Part shown: piece after piece, positions 23,839 to 34,167 of the stretch
How the letters are laid out: the number at the start of each line of letters is the position of its first letter
Numbering within the stretch: the first letter of the stretch is position 1
IMG/VR virus record: IMGVR_UViG_3300023284_000573
Coordinates: 1 to 48,975 of that record
From: a virus
Reading direction: 5' to 3' (one strand)
DNA: 48,975 nucleotides
Program-made: the position numbers and the translations under genes
Notes under the pieces: model-generated
What the model was told of the DNA's origin: nothing
Databases searched by the model: none
Seen by the model: the letters and a program-made list of their open reading frames with translations, nothing else

Positions 23839-25424
23839 TATGTTAAGTCCTCTAATACCAAGCCGTCCGCATCCAAGACGGCAGCAATGTTTTTCACCTG
23901 CGCGTCTTCATCGAGCACAGCATTATTTAATCTGTATTTGATAATTCTGAATTCCCCACCTGATATAGTGTCTTGATAAGCCTCACGATGCGAAGCCCCT
24001 CCCAAAGTAGATGTCCCCAAAGTAAACGGATCACTTGCAGGACCGAGTACGTCAGAACCGCCCTGCCCTATTGTGACAGTTTTCTCAGCAAAGTTATCTC
24101 TTGTGAACCCAAATGTGATATTGCCATTGTTTTTAGGTTCCAGCCCCAATCCAACAGCAACGATTGTTTTAAGATTTCTTGGCGCAGCATAGGAGAAAGC
24201 AGGGGTTTCAATGGTCCAGTCTATCGCAGTTCCATTTTCCACACGACTATTTGCCTGAAAGAGTTTATTAACAAAACCATCGGCATCACCGGAGAATATA
24301 GTCAATCGGTTACTACTGGCACTATCAACAACATTGGCCAGACATCTCGCAACATAAGAATCCCAGGTTGCTATTCTCACCGGCTCGAAACGATAATCTA
24401 TTTTGATAATCAAATTAGGCGTAGAAGAACCATCAACAGGAATAGTTATCAGGGCAATCCCTTCGGTAGAATCTGCGACTGCCCATCCGGTATCTAAAGC
24501 TGAAAAGTTAACTCTGCTACCAATAAGACCACGATTTATCCCAAATGAAAGTGTATTTTCCTGAAAGTCACCAAACTTCTGGGTAGCAATCAGGGAACGT
24601 ATAACGCCATTCATATCAACAAACCCAAGATCATTCTTGAATTCAAAAGTCAGATTAGGTCCGGCACACCCTATTCTTTGTGCGAAAGGTCTACGAGCAA
24701 ACCCATCATCTCCTGTTGGAGCGCTCCCGGTAATGCGATGTATCGAACCTTTGTTGGGACCCTTAAATACCCACATATCATCAGAAAAGGAAACTATTGC
24801 AGTAATTTTATCGCCGTCATTCGGGTCTATTTGTATATCCCCAGAACCTGCACCAATCCAATCTTCGGGATCAAGTAATGCAGAAAAATATAATTTTGAT
24901 GGATTTGCGTTATCACCTGCTGCCCAAGCCCTGTTTTTATGAACAGCACAGAATGAGAAATTAGGCGGAGTGCCCGCAAGGTTTTGTGCAGTAGTCCCAT
25001 CCCATGATTTAGGAACCTCTTTATTGGAATTAATAATAGCTAAATCATCAAAGATACAATAATTTGGGATTGAAGTTGCATCCAGGCCGGTAAAGATGTC
25101 TACAAACGTTCCATCAGCGTCATCCTTGGCGATCTTGGTGTCGTGGTGGACTATTCTATGCTGGGAAGGTGAGCCACCAGTCCCCTGGATAAAGAAGTCT
25201 ACCAGGCCCCTTACAGGCCCATCTAGCGCTACAGAATTCAATCTGTTGGTTCCGGGCATTTTATGAACAGAACCATCCAGTTCATAAATAGTGTTGTTGG
25301 CTTGCAATAAATAGGGAATCTGAACTCTTCCCAGATTATCAGCGGGGAGTTCAGCATTAATCGAGAAGTCAGTGGCAAGTCCCCCGTTAAAGAAGTGGCG
25401 AATATCTTTATAGCGTCCAGGCAT
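23838..25424 (-). CDS. Tail structural protein (528 aa)
   Basis: Beta-rich sequence positioned between the head genes and the fibres. Confidence 0.5.
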   Translation of the reverse strand: MPGRYKDIRHFFNGGLATDFSINAELPADNLGRVQIPYLLQANNTIYELDGSVHKMPGTNRLNSVALDGPVRGLVDFFIQGTGGSPSQHRIVHHDTKIAKDDADGTFVDIFTGLDATSIPNYCIFDDLAIINSNKEVPKSWDGTTAQNLAGTPPNFSFCAVHKNRAWAAGDNANPSKLYFSALLDPEDWIGAGSGDIQIDPNDGDKITAIVSFSDDMWVFKGPNKGSIHRITGSAPTGDDGFARRPFAQRIGCAGPNLTFEFKNDLGFVDMNGVIRSLIATQKFGDFQENTLSFGINRGLIGSRVNFSALDTGWAVADSTEGIALITIPVDGSSTPNLIIKIDYRFEPVRIATWDSYVARCLANVVDSASSNRLTIFSGDADGFVNKLFQANSRVENGTAIDWTIETPAFSYAAPRNLKTIVAVGLGLEPKNNGNITFGFTRDNFAEKTVTIGQGGSDVLGPASDPFTLGTSTLGGASHREAYQDTISGGEFRIIKYRLNNAVLDEDAQVKNIAAVLDADGLVLEDLT

Positions 25425-26470
25425 TAGCCCCTCCTGAATCTGTCATCAAGACGATCAAACCGGTCATCAGTGCTAAATCGTCCGCTTCCTCTCCATGGGC
25501 TTTGTGCTCTCCTTCGGTAGGGTGTCACGGCAGGGCGTAACTTCAGTCTTGGTGAAGCAAATTCCTGGTCTGCCAAAATGCGAAGCAAGGTACTATTATA
25601 TTCCTGCGCGACCTCTTGTGATCTGGGGTCATCTTTTCTGTCACGATACCATATCTCGAGTGCCTTCAGAATAATTACATATCTAATCTGGAAGGGAACG
25701 ATGGGTTCATCGGTATCAGCGGAAAACTGTTCTTTAGCAACACCAGCAGAACTTATAACAAGTTTGTTGGTGATAAAGGAATAAGGGAAGATTAAAAGTT
25801 TATCGGGGGGGTTATGGAATCTGACTTTTCTGACACGAGTAGTGTTACCAACAAAATCGTCATCAAAAAACATGCAGACAGTAGGACGACCAACAATATT
25901 GTTTCTGGGAAACATTTTTCTAAAGTCAGTTCGAGAGATAATATCTATTTCATTATTGTCATCAAACTTGGTAATATGAACAGGTCTTAAAAAATCAGCA
26001 TCAAGTGCGTAATCATCTTCAAAATATATATAAGCAACAGCCGATAGATTGGCTTCAGCTACGAAAGCAGGATCAAGCGTAATTGAAGTATCACTACCAA
26101 CAGCAGTTACTTTATATGTATCCCTGGTGCCATTAAGTCTGATTTTACCACCAACTCGGGCATTATTAGTCCCAAAAGTGTTGGCTGTATTCCATTCTGT
26201 TAATACACCTGTTAAAGCAGTACTGCCTATGTTGATGGAAACAGTTCCGGTGTCATATTTTGGTTGAGTAATCAGATTTCTTGAACGTTCAGCCCAAGGC
26301 ACACTTTCCTGCGTACCAAGGTGCATATCCTGTAAAGCCAGGTTGATATATCTTTGAGCCAACTGGGTATTGGTAGTGGTGCCATCAGTATCGGCCCCGT
26401 CTGCGCGTACCCTGTTAATCAAGTCACTATAAAGATCAACAAAGGTGCGCGGAGATTCCGTTGTGCTCAT
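25424..26470 (-). CDS. Virion structural protein (348 aa)
   Basis: Position and ATGA coupling. Confidence 0.5.
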   Translation of the reverse strand: MSTTESPRTFVDLYSDLINRVRADGADTDGTTTNTQLAQRYINLALQDMHLGTQESVPWAERSRNLITQPKYDTGTVSINIGSTALTGVLTEWNTANTFGTNNARVGGKIRLNGTRDTYKVTAVGSDTSITLDPAFVAEANLSAVAYIYFEDDYALDADFLRPVHITKFDDNNEIDIISRTDFRKMFPRNNIVGRPTVCMFFDDDFVGNTTRVRKVRFHNPPDKLLIFPYSFITNKLVISSAGVAKEQFSADTDEPIVPFQIRYVIILKALEIWYRDRKDDPRSQEVAQEYNSTLLRILADQEFASPRLKLRPAVTPYRRRAQSPWRGSGRFSTDDRFDRLDDRFRRG

Positions 26471-27480
26471 TCTCTGCCAAGCCTTCTAATGTTAGAGAAC
26501 GAAAGATCAGGCCCAAATACTCCAGGTTGGTCAGACTGATTAATAAAGTAAGCCTGTGCTCTTGGATTCGATGCTCCAGCCATTGAAACAAAACATCCTT
26601 TTCTGAAGAAGAATTCCCCAGAAGCAGAGAGATTAGCCCCGTTTTCAAGTTCAATCTTTCTTTCCTGATCAGTGTCACCTTCATCTGTGTCAAAGAAATC
26701 AACGCTATCATCAGCATTTTCGGATAAGATTGTGACAGCTTCAACATATCCTCTGCCTACAAATAAATGTCCTGTTTTGGTAATTTCAGGAGAAGTGCTG
26801 GTTCTGTCTCTATCGAATAACCGGGCATCATCAGCAGTGAAGTCGCTTATCAGAATATTGCCCGTAGTCGTATCAAGTTGATCCTGAATACCCAAGACAG
26901 CATGGGTTACTGCAATCTGGTCTAAAGCGGAGAGCGTGCCTAAAGCAACGCTTGAATCCTGACCAAACTTGGTCGAGAATAAACTGGCATCACCGTCATT
27001 ACCGCCAGCATCAATGTTGAAAGAAGCTTCCACCGTATAATGTTTACCGCGTTCAATAAACCCGCCAAAGGCTGTCGGAGCAAGCTCACCTATCCCGAGT
27101 TCGATCAAATCAGTCGCAGCAGTCAAACGAAGCCCGATTGATAGCTGAATAGCGTTAGCAGCACCTTGGAGTTCCATGAGAGCCACAGTATCGTCTGCTG
27201 TGAAGGCAAAGTCCTTAGCAATAAAGAGAGTAAATCTCACCCCTCCTGTGGCATTCAGAGCATAATTAACATCACCTTCGGTTAAAAAGGCATCAGCCGT
27301 ACCTGTGACGTTAAGACGCATGGCAAACGCACCGGAATAGGGAAGGAAATTGGGAAATGGCAGCTTTGAAAGCTGTTTGTAGCTCTCAATCGTTAATTGA
27401 CTGCCGGTATCCGTTTCTGAATCCCATTCCGTGTTATCGCCGGTTTCAAAGTTTGCTTCGAAAATAAAGGGGAAGGCCAT
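26467..27480 (-). CDS. Virion structural protein (337 aa)
   Basis: Position in the operon and beta-rich composition. Confidence 0.5.
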   Translation of the reverse strand: MAFPFIFEANFETGDNTEWDSETDTGSQLTIESYKQLSKLPFPNFLPYSGAFAMRLNVTGTADAFLTEGDVNYALNATGGVRFTLFIAKDFAFTADDTVALMELQGAANAIQLSIGLRLTAATDLIELGIGELAPTAFGGFIERGKHYTVEASFNIDAGGNDGDASLFSTKFGQDSSVALGTLSALDQIAVTHAVLGIQDQLDTTTGNILISDFTADDARLFDRDRTSTSPEITKTGHLFVGRGYVEAVTILSENADDSVDFFDTDEGDTDQERKIELENGANLSASGEFFFRKGCFVSMAGASNPRAQAYFINQSDQPGVFGPDLSFSNIRRLGRE

Positions 27481-27484
27481 GGTC

Positions 27485-28231
27485 TTACTCCATATATTTT
27501 ATGCCAGCCTCGTCAAGTAGGGACTTGGCTTCGACAGTGTTTTTTGGTGCCGTTCCAGTTAAATCCTTAACCTGTTTCTTCAATGAAAAGAATGGCGAGG
27601 CCAACGTGATATTAGTATCGCCACCAACTACAAATGTCCCTCCATCGGTAGCGACTACTGTAGCACCTCCGGTATCTATCATCACAGTGTCGGGTTTTGT
27701 TTCAGAAACAGGATGATATGTTTTTACTGGCACAATTGAATCGTCATAACTGGTATCCGTGTGGTGTTCTTGAGGCCGATATACCTCCAGATTAGCAATG
27801 TTGGTCTTATCAACGCCTAAATCCACACCTGACTTGTCAAGGCGCATCCTTAAACCCTTCCAATACATGATTTTGGGTTTATTCGCCATTTCCCATCTTA
27901 AATGTTTTGCAATAGCAGCCGAGGAAGCATGACGCATCTCTTTATCAGAAGGGATGCCTTCAATGAGTTGCTGGCGTATTTTCTTTTCTTCAACAATTGC
28001 GCCATCGAGTTCATTTTTCTCAAAAGGTTTAGCGGTCTGCTTTAAGAGCATATCGTCTATTCTGTTGAGTTCATCACGGGTGTATCCTACATCAATATCA
28101 GGAACACCACGCAAGGCAGCCTCCAGTTTAACTTCACAACCTCGTTTGCGTTCATTGAGATCGTCAATCTGGTTTTGTCGCAAGACACTTGCTGGAGCAA
28201 AATATCTTCCTTTAAATTGCATTTGTCGCAT
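27485..28231 (-). CDS. Virion-module protein (248 aa)
   Basis: The start is set at M30 of the track ORF. The TAATG junction with the upstream 67-aa ORF and AAGGAAGG upstream support this. Confidence 0.5.
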   Translation of the reverse strand: MRQMQFKGRYFAPASVLRQNQIDDLNERKRGCEVKLEAALRGVPDIDVGYTRDELNRIDDMLLKQTAKPFEKNELDGAIVEEKKIRQQLIEGIPSDKEMRHASSAAIAKHLRWEMANKPKIMYWKGLRMRLDKSGVDLGVDKTNIANLEVYRPQEHHTDTSYDDSIVPVKTYHPVSETKPDTVMIDTGGATVVATDGGTFVVGGDTNITLASPFFSLKKQVKDLTGTAPKNTVEAKSLLDEAGIKYME

Positions 28232-28434
28232 TATAGACCTTCCTTCTTTGGATGAATCTTGACTTGAGCCACGCCAAGACTTCGGTTGCGGGTTTGAGTT
28301 GGACCGCTGAACGGCCAAGATGCGGTTTTTTCTACAACTTTGGGAGTGGGCATAGGCTGCGAGGCGGTCTTAGCTTTTGGCTTTGCTGCGTTTTGCTTTC
28401 GATCTTCCAGAGTTGTGAAGTTTGGGTTTACCAT
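28231..28434 (-). CDS. Hypothetical basic protein (67 aa)
   Basis: AGGAG lies 8 nt upstream of the ATG. The stop overlaps the next ATG. Confidence 0.45.
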   Translation of the reverse strand: MVNPNFTTLEDRKQNAAKPKAKTASQPMPTPKVVEKTASWPFSGPTQTRNRSLGVAQVKIHPKKEGL

Positions 28435-28472
28435 CTTTAAGTCTCCTAAGTTCGACGGTTTGACCAGCTATT

Positions 28473-28625
28473 TCATATCTGGCCTTCTTTTGGAGAGAGT
28501 GAGGAGCCTTTACGTTGGCCCCCCTTCCCTGTGCCAAGAGAACTGGTTTTCTCAGTCTTCATACTGTTGGATTTTAAAGACTTTGAACGAGGGGTTATCC
28601 CTCCGCCAATTTTCAGCTTGCTCAT
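28473..28625 (-). CDS. Possible basic S/G/K-rich micro-protein (50 aa)
   Basis: ATGA overlap with the capsid gene stop. Hand translation begins MSKLKIGGGITPRSKSLK. Confidence 0.3.
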   Translation of the reverse strand: MSKLKIGGGITPRSKSLKSNSMKTEKTSSLGTGKGGQRKGSSLSPKEGQI

Positions 28626-29548
28626 GACACCTGTGCTCCTATGACAAAGCGCCAGTTGTTGTGGCCCTGTGCATAGCGCATATAACCGCGCCATTTGGCA
28701 ATGAGAGTATCAAAGTCTTCAACCATCGCAAGTTCCAGAGGAATGCGATCTGTCCATACTGCCATTTCTTCACGAAGAGCAGCATCAGCCATAAACCAGT
28801 TGTTTGTGTCTGTCAGATAATTCCATTCAATCATATTGAGGGAACTATGGAGAACGTTGATATTGTTGTTCGCAGTATCGGGTTTACCCATACTGTTAAC
28901 AATCTCCAACCCGACATCCCAAAGATCAGTTGGCACCCAAAGTTCAGTGGGTTCCACTGTGATACGATTGGCACGATCATCACGGAAATTTACCATCTGT
29001 TTACGAGCAGCAATGACTGCCGTAGCCGATAGTGCGGTTGTATTCAGATTATCAAATCCTGTTGATGTATCAACGCCGGGATGGGTTGTGGTGTGAGAGT
29101 CCGAACAAAGGGCAACGCCTTCAGAGTTGACATAAAACCTTGTATCCACAGAAAAAGCATTGTTGAACAACCGGGCTCCGTCTTTTTGACGGGTGCGCCC
29201 TGCTGAACGTGCTAGTCCTGCTGGTCGATTGTCAAAAGCTCCAGGGAACTGATTATCATCAAACAATTTGCGTCTGATTTGAAACCCTGAAGTAAATTCA
29301 ATCGGTGTAAAGGTCGTATCAAAACCCTGACTGAAAGAATCATAGTTCACATTGCCTGTGAATTCTTCGAAATCACTAAACGCCCCAGTTTCCGATTGTT
29401 TTAACTCGTCGCGGCCATTTGACCCCATCATGTTATAAACTGCCGGAAGCATATCAGGAAGATCGGTGAATCTCTCGTTGAAAATTTTCTGAAATCTTGG
29501 ATCAAGTAGGTCTCCAAAGTTTTCAGATACGAGTGGTACTGTTGACAT
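28622..29548 (-). CDS. Major capsid protein (HK97-fold, Mu gpT-like layout)
   Basis: 308 aa, downstream of portal and scaffold. The sequence pattern resembles gpT-type capsid proteins as recalled. Confidence 0.65.
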   Translation of the reverse strand: MSTVPLVSENFGDLLDPRFQKIFNERFTDLPDMLPAVYNMMGSNGRDELKQSETGAFSDFEEFTGNVNYDSFSQGFDTTFTPIEFTSGFQIRRKLFDDNQFPGAFDNRPAGLARSAGRTRQKDGARLFNNAFSVDTRFYVNSEGVALCSDSHTTTHPGVDTSTGFDNLNTTALSATAVIAARKQMVNFRDDRANRITVEPTELWVPTDLWDVGLEIVNSMGKPDTANNNINVLHSSLNMIEWNYLTDTNNWFMADAALREEMAVWTDRIPLELAMVEDFDTLIAKWRGYMRYAQGHNNWRFVIGAQVS

Positions 29549-29559
29549 GATCTATTTCC

Positions 29560-30261
29560 TTATGTTGGACGGTTGCTGAGAACGTGATCGCCAGCAATAG
29601 CAAAAGTGAAACTATCGCCAGCAGCATCAAATATGCTTTCGATAGGAACCAATTCTGCCGCGCTAGCGGTCAAGGCCACTGAAGCATCAAGCTCCAGAAA
29701 GTCGGAAGTCAGCGTAATTGTCGGAGATTGAATTGCATGATACGGGACATGGAGGAAGGTATCACCTATCGCTATGTCCAGCGGGAATGCAACTGTGACA
29801 GTCGCCGCCGTTGTGCTTGTTGTGGTTATTTTGCGGACCTTCCCTTGGTTAGCACCAGCCAAGCCCCAAATGGTTCCTTCATCAACTTGAGGAGATGAAT
29901 AGTCAAAACCAGTCGTGACAAGTAAACCTGTCGTGCTACCAGTGTCTTCAGTCTGCGCTGTCAGGACGGTGCCGGTTGTGGCGCTGCCTGACAGTTTAAT
30001 TCTCCAGACGGCATCAGGGTTAATAATAACCTTGACGATTGCCGCTGGGTCTGAGCCGTCAGTGTTCTGGGCTGTCGCAAATGTGGCCGTGTCTAAAGTA
30101 ACACCTACCATATCCGCACATGAAGTAGCTGTGGCAGCCGCTAGGCCAGCCCCACCACCTACAGGTATTAACAGCGGAACACCGACGTTACTCACTGTTG
30201 CAGCCACCTGAAAAGATTTAACTTTAGGGGCGGCTCCGTGGAGAGTATATGCAAGTTCCAT
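29560..30261 (-). CDS. Head-module protein (233 aa), decoration or accessory candidate
   Basis: T/A/G-rich and beta-like. Lies between scaffold and capsid genes. Confidence 0.45.
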   Translation of the reverse strand: MELAYTLHGAAPKVKSFQVAATVSNVGVPLLIPVGGGAGLAAATATSCADMVGVTLDTATFATAQNTDGSDPAAIVKVIINPDAVWRIKLSGSATTGTVLTAQTEDTGSTTGLLVTTGFDYSSPQVDEGTIWGLAGANQGKVRKITTTSTTAATVTVAFPLDIAIGDTFLHVPYHAIQSPTITLTSDFLELDASVALTASAAELVPIESIFDAAGDSFTFAIAGDHVLSNRPT

Positions 30262-30265
30262 GTCT

Positions 30266-30508
30266 TTACTCCTTCTTCATGTATAGTTTGCATAACGCGG
30301 TTTGTTTGCAGCCATCGCACTCACCTTCAACGCCATTTCCGAGTGGCGGGCGAGACTGTTTGATATAGTTGTATTTACGGGCGTTGAATTTCGGTTCGCA
30401 GATATGACAAAGACATATTGTCTTGCCTAACTCTGCCATGTCAGTAACCCATGAACCAGCAGTGCGGAAGGAATTCCGCTTTCTAGCTGCAAACGCCCGC
30501 ATATCCAT
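30266..30508 (-). CDS. Cys-rich small protein (80 aa) in the head module
   Basis: CLCHIC...CDGC...C pattern. Confidence 0.5.
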   Translation of the reverse strand: MDMRAFAARKRNSFRTAGSWVTDMAELGKTICLCHICEPKFNARKYNYIKQSRPPLGNGVEGECDGCKQTALCKLYMKKE

Positions 30509-31266
30509 TACCGGCGTCCTGGCTTACCACTTAATAAGTCATATTTTTTAGCTTGTTCGGGATTGATGTATTTTGCTTCCTTCTCCACATCATCCCAAGT
30601 ATATTCTCCCCTGTCTACCAAGCCTTTATAATGGGCTTTCAAACGAGGAGTGAGCGATTTGTTTAAATCAGCGGGCATCCCATCAGGGGAGGCTCCGGGT
30701 TCCTCAGCATATAAGTTTGCATCTCCTACCCCTCCTGAGAAAGAAGTTGTTTCACTGGGTTTGGGAGTTTTTGAGGTTCCTAAAACTATCTCCAATGCCA
30801 CCAGTTCGGTTGCTTTCGTGCTTGGCAACCCATCTCCAACCAGCTCATCAAACTTGGCTTTTAATTTCTTGTTCTGGTCAGTACCAATTTTAAAAGCTTC
30901 AGGATGAGATTTCTCGTAATCTCCAAACTTCGTAACTTGTCTGGTTTCAACGGTTTCTTTCCTGACCGCCAGAAGTGCCTCTTCCTTGGCTTCTCTCTTA
31001 ATTCCTTCTTTCCATTGATCATCAAGAATAGCCTGACCCTCTTCTGTGGTCATTTCCTTGGCGGTTATCTTGGCTTGAATTTCTGCCTTGGTTACAAGTT
31101 TGGGGGCTTCCTGAACCTGTTGAGTGGTTTTCTCTGCCCGATCCTGCCAAAACTTGGCTTGCTGCTGGGCAAGAATTTTGTCGTCTAGCGCAGCTTTTTT
31201 ATCGTCGTTTACTTCTTGGAACCGTTCATAGGGTACGTTTTTTTGATCTTCTGGTTTTTCTGCCAT
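30508..31266 (-). CDS. Scaffolding protein candidate
   Basis: 252 aa, highly charged and helical. Lies between portal and capsid genes. Confidence 0.6.
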   Translation of the reverse strand: MAEKPEDQKNVPYERFQEVNDDKKAALDDKILAQQQAKFWQDRAEKTTQQVQEAPKLVTKAEIQAKITAKEMTTEEGQAILDDQWKEGIKREAKEEALLAVRKETVETRQVTKFGDYEKSHPEAFKIGTDQNKKLKAKFDELVGDGLPSTKATELVALEIVLGTSKTPKPSETTSFSGGVGDANLYAEEPGASPDGMPADLNKSLTPRLKAHYKGLVDRGEYTWDDVEKEAKYINPEQAKKYDLLSGKPGRR

Positions 31267-31672
31267 TTTTCTTCTCCTTGGTTGGCGAATCCTCTTTAAC
31301 GCCGGGGTTAAACTCGTTCAAAGCCTTTTGAGCTTTATCAACGTCATCAATAAGCATTTGAGGCAAATCAATGGCGATAGTAAAAGCTTCAACTTGAGCT
31401 TGAACGAGAAGGTAAGTGTGCTTGAGCCTTGGGAGTTCGGTATCATCCACACGCGGGTCTTTAAACCGTTCTTCAGCGAGGTCTAAAGATTGTTTCAGTT
31501 GCTCTACCTTTCCCTGCAAAAGGGAGCGATAAAGATTCCAGTTACTGTCTTTTTGAAGTTTGGTAAGTTCAGCAACAGGATACTGGAATTGTAATATTTT
31601 ATATTTTTGTTTAAGAGTTCTTTCGTGCTCTTGGAGCCTTAAGCTTTCAATTATCTCTTTCTTATCAGGCAT
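31226..31672 (-). CDS. Coiled-coil head-module protein (148 aa)
   Basis: Helical composition. Overlaps the end of the portal gene. Confidence 0.5.
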   Translation of the reverse strand: MPDKKEIIESLRLQEHERTLKQKYKILQFQYPVAELTKLQKDSNWNLYRSLLQGKVEQLKQSLDLAEERFKDPRVDDTELPRLKHTYLLVQAQVEAFTIAIDLPQMLIDDVDKAQKALNEFNPGVKEDSPTKEKKNGRKTRRSKKRTL

Positions 31673-33995
31673 TTACAGCACCTTCTTCAAGTCTGTTTGG
31701 TTGTAAATTCGGTTGTTGGGTGGTGTCAGGAGCGCTTTCAGGAGGTCTGCCAACTTGTCCTTCCTCTTGGAACCCCTGCTGGGCTGCTGCTGCCAAGGCT
31801 TGAGTTTCCTGCTCTTGTGCGGTTAACTGTCTGACAATATTGACGTATTGCCCGAATAAACCTGCCTGTTGTATGCTCAACTGGCCAAATAAAGCATCTT
31901 CATTGGCAAATGCAATCAAGGTCTGCAAATGAACCTCTGCAGCTTCAATCGGGATAGCTTCTGGAACCTGACCACCCATTATGATTGCAATCGCTTCTGC
32001 TGCAAAGATTTTGGGCATTCTCGATAACGGAGTTGGCGATCTCAGGTATTGATCCGGGTCCTGGCCCTGTGCCTTGCCCATATCCCTCAGTAAACGATAA
32101 ATCCCTTCTGCATCTATTACCCCGGTCTGGATTGCGATAGGATTGATGTAAAATTGCGCCAAAGCTCCCAATGATTGCTGTAAAGCAACCCTCGAGGTAT
32201 TGAAAACATTGGCGCTAAACGTGAATTCATATAATCCGGTAATATCGTCTATTCCACGGATAACTTCATAAGGATCGTCTTTTTCCGTTTTCGGACGCAT
32301 AATCATGATGCGTTTCTCTTTAGGAAGGAAAACTTGGTTTAATTCATGGATTTGTGAATATAATTCGGTAAATGCCAGAAAGAAGCGTCTTAGAATGCGT
32401 TCAGGGCGTGCCTCACCCTGATTCTGGAGTAAAGCCATGCCTCCTACCGTCCGAAGTGCTGACGAAGCCCCTGGAGGCACCCTGCCGAACTGAATGTCAC
32501 CTGTTAAAGTAAGTTTTTCTTCTTCAGCCGTTAATTGGCGCATTAAATTGATATTATTGGCGACAACGTTGCTTTGCAGGTTTGGAAAGTTAACATCCCT
32601 CTGAGGATCACCCAAAGGATAGCCTTCACCCGGAGATAATGTCACTGTCTCAGGTCTTGTCCCGCCTGTAGGCCGATAAAAGAAGAACGGTAAATTCTGA
32701 ACAGCATTTGAATCTATGGTTTGATCAAGAAGTATTTTCTTGGCTTCATAAAACCCCTCTACTATCTCAAGTAATCCAATTCCCTGCCGTCTTCCTTCAA
32801 CCGGTAAGTAAGTTGCTTCCGAAAAAGGACGGCGAGGTTTGATAAAGGGCCATATTTCCTGCAACAGCGCGGCTTTTAATAAAAGTTTGGTTTCCTTGAC
32901 CACCCACCAGACTACCTGTTCATCAACTCCATCTTTGTTAATATCAAAGCCATCAAAACAAATCAGAAGTGTAAGGGTGCGGTGAGACTCGGCTTCAGTG
33001 GTTCTTTGATTGTGATCTGATTCCCCGCTGATCTGATCTTTCTGATCTTCAAGTTCTTCGTCCTTGCCGGTTCTGAAGTGTTGAAAAAGCTTTTGCTTCT
33101 CTTCTTCTTCGGGTAAATCGTAAAATCCGTCTTCAGCGTCCTGCATAATCTGATTAATAGTCGGATATTCCCGTAAAATAACGTGCGAAGCCCCTCTGGG
33201 GTTATGAGGGCTTGGAAAGTTTAAATTAGCCGCTCTCGGAGGGTGTAAAACGTTCTCCCAGTTGTAAACCATCGGTCTGGGGCCATCAAAGGCAATAATC
33301 TTGGTACTGACAACCATTTCAATGCGGTCATCCTCTAAAGTGTAGAACGCAATCTTTTTTTCGTCTTCTCCCTGCTTTACAAGGTAATCCCAGCCTTCTT
33401 TTTGTTCCGTAATGTCTGCTTTAGGGAATTCAGCACTTAAAAGAGCCCTGAACTGTGATCTCGGAGGCTGGTCAGGAGCTAAAGCCTCAAAAACCTTAAC
33501 CCTTGTAGTGTCGACCTTTTCCTTGACCCAGGATGTCATCATTGTTGCCGGACCATCATTAACAAAGGCTTCAGCAAAATCTCCCACCAAGTTTTCCCCT
33601 TTGGCATCGACAAATATCTGATGGGTAATTAGTTTATTAACATTCTCGGCGTTGTCTACACCCTTATCATTCAAGGGATGTGCTGCCACCGGGAACTCGG
33701 AAGACATTATACTATTATGCAAGGTATCCTGAATCCTTAACGATTGTGTCATCATATCCGGCATTGTGGTATCGGAAGCATCGGGCCACGGCCAATCCTT
33801 ACCAGGAGCAATCATGCGAAACTTGGCATACCTTTGTAGACGGTCATTCTTCTGCTCATTGCGTGAACTCTCGTCCATCTCGTAAAACCTGCAAACCCGG
33901 TCTACTATGCGCTCACGGCCTTCTCTGGTCGATACAGCGGACATTCTGGACGTTTTAATGCGGCGGATTCTGGTTTTACCTCTAAACTCTTTCAT
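31665..33995 (-). CDS. Portal protein
   Basis: 776 aa, downstream of TerL, with a Q-rich C-terminal helix. The start is set at MKEFRGK (ATGA coupling with the Zn-ribbon ORF). Confidence 0.7.
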   Translation of the reverse strand: MKEFRGKTRIRRIKTSRMSAVSTREGRERIVDRVCRFYEMDESSRNEQKNDRLQRYAKFRMIAPGKDWPWPDASDTTMPDMMTQSLRIQDTLHNSIMSSEFPVAAHPLNDKGVDNAENVNKLITHQIFVDAKGENLVGDFAEAFVNDGPATMMTSWVKEKVDTTRVKVFEALAPDQPPRSQFRALLSAEFPKADITEQKEGWDYLVKQGEDEKKIAFYTLEDDRIEMVVSTKIIAFDGPRPMVYNWENVLHPPRAANLNFPSPHNPRGASHVILREYPTINQIMQDAEDGFYDLPEEEEKQKLFQHFRTGKDEELEDQKDQISGESDHNQRTTEAESHRTLTLLICFDGFDINKDGVDEQVVWWVVKETKLLLKAALLQEIWPFIKPRRPFSEATYLPVEGRRQGIGLLEIVEGFYEAKKILLDQTIDSNAVQNLPFFFYRPTGGTRPETVTLSPGEGYPLGDPQRDVNFPNLQSNVVANNINLMRQLTAEEEKLTLTGDIQFGRVPPGASSALRTVGGMALLQNQGEARPERILRRFFLAFTELYSQIHELNQVFLPKEKRIMIMRPKTEKDDPYEVIRGIDDITGLYEFTFSANVFNTSRVALQQSLGALAQFYINPIAIQTGVIDAEGIYRLLRDMGKAQGQDPDQYLRSPTPLSRMPKIFAAEAIAIIMGGQVPEAIPIEAAEVHLQTLIAFANEDALFGQLSIQQAGLFGQYVNIVRQLTAQEQETQALAAAAQQGFQEEGQVGRPPESAPDTTQQPNLQPNRLEEGAVNA

Positions 33996-34153
33996 TTTCT
34001 CTCCAGTTGTGCACCGCAATCATCACAAGTTTTGGTGTTTTCTTGATCAGTCAGCTTTTCAAGATGGTTTTCAGATACAATAAAGGGTTCGGGGGCTTTT
34101 ACGGCTGTCAGTTCGAACTTATCAATCTCACAGGCTGGGCACCAAATCTTCAT
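33992..34153 (-). CDS. Zn-ribbon micro-protein (53 aa) between terL and portal, not in the ORF track
   Basis: Hand translation MKIWCPACEIDKF...KTCDDCGAQLERK. AAGGA lies upstream. ATGA overlap with the portal start. Confidence 0.5.
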   Translation of the reverse strand: MKIWCPACEIDKFELTAVKAPEPFIVSENHLEKLTDQENTKTCDDCGAQLERK

Positions 34154-34167
34154 CTATAATCCTTTTC

